Positions 58,634 to 64,000 of a DNA stretch of 64,000 nt are shown here, in pieces. Within the stretch, counting starts at the first letter, position 1; the number at the start of each line of letters is the position of its first letter. Location: the NCBI GenBank assembly GCA_965197905.1, contig CBDAOB010000002.1:1-64000 (forward strand). The letters run 5' to 3'. This stretch comes from Candidatus Latescibacterota bacterium (lineage in GTDB: Bacteria; Latescibacterota; UBA2968; UBA8231). The position numbers were made by a program, and so were the translations under genes. The notes beneath the pieces are model-generated. The model was not told the origin of the DNA and did not search any database. It was given only the letters and a program-made list of their open reading frames with translations.

Positions 58634-61594
58634 GTGAAGCGGCACTTCATACCCTCTGCAACGACAGCGGCTAGCGCCCCGATTGCTCCCAGCCTGGCGG
58701 TGCTGGTTCTGCTTTTGTGCAGCCCGCTAGGGACCGTGGACCGCTCCCTGGCGGACACCGGGGACCGGGTAGACGTACCGGAGATCGTGGCCAGCCGGCC
58801 TCTGCTGCGCTACGAGCGGCCCGGCTACCGCAACTATGCTTTCAACAATTATTCCAACCCGCCGGATCACAGCCTTCCGTATCGTGATCGGCAGAACGCC
58901 ATCTACAACTCCTTCGGGGATTATCTCCTGACCGGCTATCCGCTGTACGACTGGACCGAACGGCGTACGCCGAACCAGATCTTCGGCAGCAGCATCTCGA
59001 AGGACCTGGGCACCTTCGAGAACGTGATCGACAACCTCGTAGTTGCCCGGGACGGATACGGCGACTGGGGTATCAGCGCGATGATGGGTGATGCGATGAT
59101 CGCTCGCCTGTCCCCACTGACCCTGTCGCGGACCGATTTTAACGGGGCTCGTCTCGATTTTGCCCATCCTTTCCTGAGGATCTCTCTCCTGGGGTCGCGC
59201 ATCGAAAAACCCACAGACGCCAGATCTTCGGACGGATCGAATTTTTACAACGACTCAACCACCTTCAGAGAGGGCCGTATCTTCACCTTCTTCGCCGACG
59301 GCAGCGTGCTGCTGCTGGGCAGCAGGCTCGAGGCCGACCTGGGTATGCTACGCCTGGGTCTGAATGGCACCAACATCCATCTCTACCAGAGCACGCGAAG
59401 CGGTGGCAGTACACTCAAGGGGGTTGTCCACCCCAAACAGCCCCTCCTGGATTGGGTAGTTGTACGTTTTTCCGACGATTCCCCCGAAGATGGCCGCGGC
59501 GGCCCCGTAGTCCACGAGGTGCTGCTCATTATCAACGGCGAGCCGCGTCCCGACATCACCCCCGGCTTGGTCCGGCGTCGCGCAGGGCTGGACACCCAGG
59601 TCGGCACTATTTCTCAGCGCACGGGCGTGTTTCGTCCCATCATCTACGACAACCCCAGAGCGGCAAGGGGCGGCGGTTCGAGAGCGAGCGGCATATTCTA
59701 TCGGGGCCGGAATGACCTTCCGCTCTATGCCGACTACATGTATCGCCTCAACCACGAGGCGGGAATCGATGTCAGCGATATCACCAACTTGAAAGGGTTG
59801 CTGGCGAACCTCGAGGTGTTGTCGCCCGACGCGATTCATCAAGCCGACGGCGATGAACAACTCGTCTACCTCTTTGACCTCTCCGGTGAGCCGATTGTGC
59901 GCTCGGTGGAGGTTCAGGCGATGGTGGCAAACGACTACCGCATCGACGTAGCGACCCTGTCGGAACCGGACCCCGGCGCCCCGAACCTCACGCGTCAGTT
60001 CAAGAGCACTTTCTACCGCACTGCAAAGCGGGCGAAGGAAAACGTGCGCGACCTCTCCAATCTCGGGCAGTTACGTTTCGGGGTGGGGGAGCAGACCGGA
60101 CTGTTCACCTACAGCAGTGATTTCAATCTGCAGTTTGCGGGCGCAGAATTCAACGGAGAATTCGCGCGCTCAGCTCTGTACTCCCGTTTCCCTGCCCGCC
60201 AGGATAGGGAAGCGATCTACAGCAAAGCCCCTGCTTTTTCCGAGCGCGGGAGCGCCTACTACATAAACGGGACGCGATGGCTCGGCCGCTGGCAGTTCGG
60301 TGGCGAGCTGTTTGCCATGAACCCCGACTACCAGACGACCCTGCGCACCTACCAGGAGGATACCTTCGTTTGCTGCTATGCGGGCAAGTGGGGCGGCATG
60401 GTGAACGAGACCCTGTATTGGGATCTCATACAGGACAACGAAGACGGTGACGCGTATCCTGATCGGCGTCCTGGCGAGCTACTGGCGCTGCCGATTGACG
60501 ATTTCGGCGATGATCGTAACGGAGTGTTGATCGGCCTGGACGAGGATCAGGACGGCGTGCCCGACACCGACCGAAATTTCAATCAAGTGCCGGATTACAA
60601 CGAACCTTTCCTGTTATACAGCGTCGAGGCGAACGAATACGTCTACGGGCTCGACCGCAACAACAACGACGAGCCCGATGCGCGCGAGGACGATCTGGAT
60701 TGGGACTATCCCTACGACCTGGACCAGGGCGGCTACCATTTCTTCGGCCGCTACAAACTGACCGATCATTGGTCGGCCACCTTCGGCCGACACGACGTCG
60801 ACCAGATTGCCGGCGCCGGTCAGAACAGGTCCACCTACGGCATGGTCGACTATCGCCGGCAGAACCTCTCCGGGCGCCAGAAGGTTTTCATCGAGAACCA
60901 CTTCCGCCGGGTCCGGGACGACGTTCCCGACGAGTACACCGATCACAACGAGCGCTCGACCTCCGGGCAGAGGGTGGTGCGGGTGGATCAGCTGCTGTAC
61001 CGGGACAGCTACGTCAACGAGTCCTATCTGGAAGCCTGGATCAGCCCCTGGCGGAGCGTGAGTCTGGTGCAGAAGCTGCGCTGGCGCATCAACTGGCAGC
61101 AGCGGTTTCTGCGACCCGGCACCGCGCAGCGGGAGCGCCGGCTCGATTTCACCTCCATCGTTAGCCGCGCCGAGTATCGCTACAGCGTGGGCGACCTAGA
61201 CCTGACCGCGCAATTCAAGTACCTGAGGTTGCGTCTGCGCGACCGCAACGCCGATCGATCCCTGCGATTCGAGGAGAGTGTTATTCCGATCCTGAAGGGT
61301 GAATTTCCGCTGCTCTCCCGCACCTCTCTGCGCTTCGGTGTCGAGGGATGGGGGCCATTTCCGTACTCCTTCGAGGAGCAAGGCCGCGCGAGCGACAGTT
61401 TCGAGCGGCGTACCGCCTTCATCACCATGACCAACCGCACCGCCTACTTTGGCTACGATCTGTATACGATCTTCGGTTTTAGCAAGGACAAGCAGAAGTT
61501 CGATAGTCCGTTGCAGCGCGATCGCTCCATCGACACCTGGGGGTTCTTCATCCGCGGGCTCATCGGCTTCACCGAATACGGCGATCTGATCTGA
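58634..61594 (+). CDS. Large exported/outer-membrane hypothetical protein
   Basis: 986-aa ORF, signal-like N-terminus, DxDxD repeats, beta-strand-rich C-terminus. Confidence 0.7.
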   Translation: MKRHFIPSATTAASAPIAPSLAVLVLLLCSPLGTVDRSLADTGDRVDVPEIVASRPLLRYERPGYRNYAFNNYSNPPDHSLPYRDRQNAIYNSFGDYLLTGYPLYDWTERRTPNQIFGSSISKDLGTFENVIDNLVVARDGYGDWGISAMMGDAMIARLSPLTLSRTDFNGARLDFAHPFLRISLLGSRIEKPTDARSSDGSNFYNDSTTFREGRIFTFFADGSVLLLGSRLEADLGMLRLGLNGTNIHLYQSTRSGGSTLKGVVHPKQPLLDWVVVRFSDDSPEDGRGGPVVHEVLLIINGEPRPDITPGLVRRRAGLDTQVGTISQRTGVFRPIIYDNPRAARGGGSRASGIFYRGRNDLPLYADYMYRLNHEAGIDVSDITNLKGLLANLEVLSPDAIHQADGDEQLVYLFDLSGEPIVRSVEVQAMVANDYRIDVATLSEPDPGAPNLTRQFKSTFYRTAKRAKENVRDLSNLGQLRFGVGEQTGLFTYSSDFNLQFAGAEFNGEFARSALYSRFPARQDREAIYSKAPAFSERGSAYYINGTRWLGRWQFGGELFAMNPDYQTTLRTYQEDTFVCCYAGKWGGMVNETLYWDLIQDNEDGDAYPDRRPGELLALPIDDFGDDRNGVLIGLDEDQDGVPDTDRNFNQVPDYNEPFLLYSVEANEYVYGLDRNNNDEPDAREDDLDWDYPYDLDQGGYHFFGRYKLTDHWSATFGRHDVDQIAGAGQNRSTYGMVDYRRQNLSGRQKVFIENHFRRVRDDVPDEYTDHNERSTSGQRVVRVDQLLYRDSYVNESYLEAWISPWRSVSLVQKLRWRINWQQRFLRPGTAQRERRLDFTSIVSRAEYRYSVGDLDLTAQFKYLRLRLRDRNADRSLRFEESVIPILKGEFPLLSRTSLRFGVEGWGPFPYSFEEQGRASDSFERRTAFITMTNRTAYFGYDLYTIFGFSKDKQKFDSPLQRDRSIDTWGFFIRGLIGFTEYGDLI

Positions 61595-61626
61595 GAAGCG
61601 CGTCAAAAGCGCGGCGATCAGTTCGG

Positions 61627-62820
61627 TTATTCGGTGGCGCCGGCCAGTTCCAGTCCCCGTAGCGCATTTTCGTTTTTCGGGTCGATCTCCAGCGCCCTCC
61701 TGAAGGCGCGTGCGGCCAGCTCTGTTTTGCGATTCTCGGCGTAGAGCTTACCGAGCTTGATCTGGGTGCCGGCGTCCTCGGGGTTGTACCGCAGGTAAGT
61801 GGTGTAGCGCCGCACCGTTTTCAGATAGTCGGTCAGCTGCTGAAACCGTCGCAGGTGTCTTTCCCCTTCGGCAGATTTGCCGCTGCGCCAGTAGGCTTGT
61901 CCAAGGGCGTAATACGCCTGGGCCTGTTGCGGATCCGCGGCAATTGAACGTTCCAGGTGGTCTATCGCCTCGTGGTAACGCTTTTCGTTGTTGAGAATCA
62001 ATCCCAGCTTGTAATGTGCGTCGCCGTACGAGGAATCGAGCTCGATGGCGCGCCGCAAATGACTGGTGGCTTCGGCGGCGCGGTTCTGGTGGTGCCGTAT
62101 CAGCGCCAGGTGGTGGTGTGCTTTGGGTTGTCCGCGCGGATCGAGCTCGATGGCTCTCCTGAAATAGACTTCTGCCTTTTCATCGAGGCCCTGGCGCGCA
62201 TAGACCAGCCCCAGGTTGTACTGAACCGTCGGATGTTTCGGGTTGAGTGCCAGCGCCTTTTGGTAGATCGAGATCGCTTTGGATTGCTGGCCCATACGGG
62301 AGTAGGCGTTGGCGAGATTGCTGTGCGCCGATACAGAGCGCGGAAACTGCGTTAATGCCTGAGTGTTTAGCTCGATGGCTTCGGTGAACATCTCCTCGTC
62401 GAAATACAGCTCTGTGAGATGGAAATACGGAGCCTCGTTATTGGGCGCGGCCGCGATCGCCTTGTGAAAGTACGGCACGGCTTCCTCGAGCTTGCCAGAC
62501 TGTCGGAGTTTTTGGCCCGATTCCAGATAAAACCCATACGTAAACCCTTCAAGAGCCACCGCCTTGATGAAGGACTGGCTAGCTTCGGTAAACCTTTTTT
62601 GCCGGAGTCGAACCGAGCCCAACTGCGTGAGTACCTGCGGCAGCTTCGGATCTATATGGAGGGCCTGGAGAAAGGATTGTGCCGCCTCTTCCAGCTGTCC
62701 CTGCTGTCGATGAATCTCGCCCTGGCGAATCAGGAGCTCCACCTGGTCTGTGTTCGAGTCGGAACAAGCCAACAGCGAACAAAAAACGCAGATTGCGGTG
62801 ACCCGAAGTATATCGGCCAT
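61627..62820 (-). CDS. TPR-repeat lipoprotein
   Basis: LLAC lipobox; repeated A...LG..Y....A...F..A...DP. Confidence 0.85.
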   Translation of the reverse strand: MADILRVTAICVFCSLLACSDSNTDQVELLIRQGEIHRQQGQLEEAAQSFLQALHIDPKLPQVLTQLGSVRLRQKRFTEASQSFIKAVALEGFTYGFYLESGQKLRQSGKLEEAVPYFHKAIAAAPNNEAPYFHLTELYFDEEMFTEAIELNTQALTQFPRSVSAHSNLANAYSRMGQQSKAISIYQKALALNPKHPTVQYNLGLVYARQGLDEKAEVYFRRAIELDPRGQPKAHHHLALIRHHQNRAAEATSHLRRAIELDSSYGDAHYKLGLILNNEKRYHEAIDHLERSIAADPQQAQAYYALGQAYWRSGKSAEGERHLRRFQQLTDYLKTVRRYTTYLRYNPEDAGTQIKLGKLYAENRKTELAARAFRRALEIDPKNENALRGLELAGATE

Positions 62821-62881
62821 CGACAAACTGACAGAGTTATCCACATACCATGGTGCTCGACAGCTGCTGCGACTCACTGGG

Positions 62882-64000
62882 CTATCGTTGGCCTGACCCA
62901 CGAACGGCCCCGCGCTCTTCAACTACCGTCAGAATTTGATTGGCGCTCACGTTTTGCAGCGTTTCCAGCTCGCCATTGGGCCACCTTACGTTAACCGAAT
63001 CGGCAAACGCCCAATTGCCCAGTCCAAAATTCAGTCTCAGATCGCTCTGGGAGAGATAGCTGCCGCCGCTCTTTACCTCCGCCATTTGTCGGTTGTCTGC
63101 AGCATATACGATGACTCGGGCTCCCAGGGCCGATCGGTTGCTGCCGCCACCCACCAGTTTTATGGTGAGCCAATTGTTGCGTGTGGCGGTCTCGTTGTGC
63201 AACAAGGTTAAGGGTCCGTTGGTCGCCGCGAGAAGGATGTCCACCGCGCCGTCATTATCATAATCTCCAAAGGCGGCGCCACGGCCAACGCGGGCAACTG
63301 GTAGCTCGTCACCTGCCCTGCTGACATCTTCGAAGGTGTAAACTCCGCCATGCGGCCCCTCGTTTCTCAACAGCAAGGCAGGTTGGGCATGGGCGGAGAG
63401 TTTGTCGAACAGCTCTATATTGTCCAGCACATGGCCGTTCGTATTAAACAGATCCCAATACCCATCCCGGTCGACATCCAGGAATCCCCCACCCCAGCCC
63501 AGCAGCCGCAGGCTCGGCGCCCCCACCGCCGAACGGAAAGAGACATTCGTGAAGAATCCATTCCCTTCGTTCTCGTAGAGAGCGTTGGGTTCCCCCTGAA
63601 AGTTGGTCACCCAGATGTCCAGATGTTGATCGTTGTTGTAGTCGCCGAGATCGACACCCATCCCGGCTTCGGTGCGCCCATCCTCTCCGTATCCGACGCC
63701 AGCGATCAGGGCATTGTCGACAAACGTGCCGTGGCCATTGTTGAGGTAGAGGAAGTTTGGGGTGTTGTCATTTGCCACGTACAGGTCGGGATCGCCGTCG
63801 TTGTCGCAATCTCCCCATACCACACCGAGTCCCTTTCCATCGGTGTTGTAGAGATTTGCTTCCCGGGTCGCGTCCGCAAACAGACCCCCATCGTTGCGGT
63901 AGAGAACGTCGTCGACGCCGGAAAAGCTGTCCGGGTGGGGATAGGCCTTCAATTTTCGGAGCTGCGGCCCCAGATTCTCTGTGTTTTCCATGGAGATATA
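62882..64000 (-). CDS. CRTAC1/ASPIC-UnbV family FG-GAP protein (5'-partial)
   Basis: GDYDNDG repeats, DLYVAND, GSYLSQ...FGLG...VRWPNG. Confidence 0.9.
   Translation of the reverse strand, partial: YISMENTENLGPQLRKLKAYPHPDSFSGVDDVLYRNDGGLFADATREANLYNTDGKGLGVVWGDCDNDGDPDLYVANDNTPNFLYLNNGHGTFVDNALIAGVGYGEDGRTEAGMGVDLGDYNNDQHLDIWVTNFQGEPNALYENEGNGFFTNVSFRSAVGAPSLRLLGWGGGFLDVDRDGYWDLFNTNGHVLDNIELFDKLSAHAQPALLLRNEGPHGGVYTFEDVSRAGDELPVARVGRGAAFGDYDNDGAVDILLAATNGPLTLLHNETATRNNWLTIKLVGGGSNRSALGARVIVYAADNRQMAEVKSGGSYLSQSDLRLNFGLGNWAFADSVNVRWPNGELETLQNVSANQILTVVEERGAVRGSGQR

Noticed and set aside
44814..62994. Many overlapping alternative-frame ORFs in the right half
   Set aside because: They overlap well-supported genes and lack motifs; expected at high GC

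Overview
The window has two halves. (1) 1-38 kb is a large sedentary 'reverse-type' integron on the minus strand. It has an internally deleted integron-integrase pseudogene (37154-37995) co-oriented with the array, a putative attI (~36829-36855) and 31 cassettes down to 3326. The cassettes are separated by branched, multi-hairpin attC sites, and the array probably continues left of the window. Several mobile elements sit in the attC sites at different sub-sites: five near-identical copies of a 749-nt ORF-less, non-IIC group II intron whose EBS1 matches the attC L'' arm; three IS110-family elements, two with readable bridge-RNA guides matching attC sub-sequences; and an IS256 whose transposase is split in frame by an RT-encoding group II intron. 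Two homologous ~293-bp gene-less cassettes and several cassette pseudogenes are also present. (2) 38-64 kb is an ordinary intact chromosomal region: SDR, HDOD, PhyH, aldo-keto reductases, a tandem-duplicated P-loop gene, GH38/GH29/beta-helix glycan enzymes, a FlgD-type secreted protein, TPR and CRTAC1-like proteins. This content is suggestive of a Latescibacterota-like organism (inference only). All calls are by eye from sequence motifs; no searches were run.
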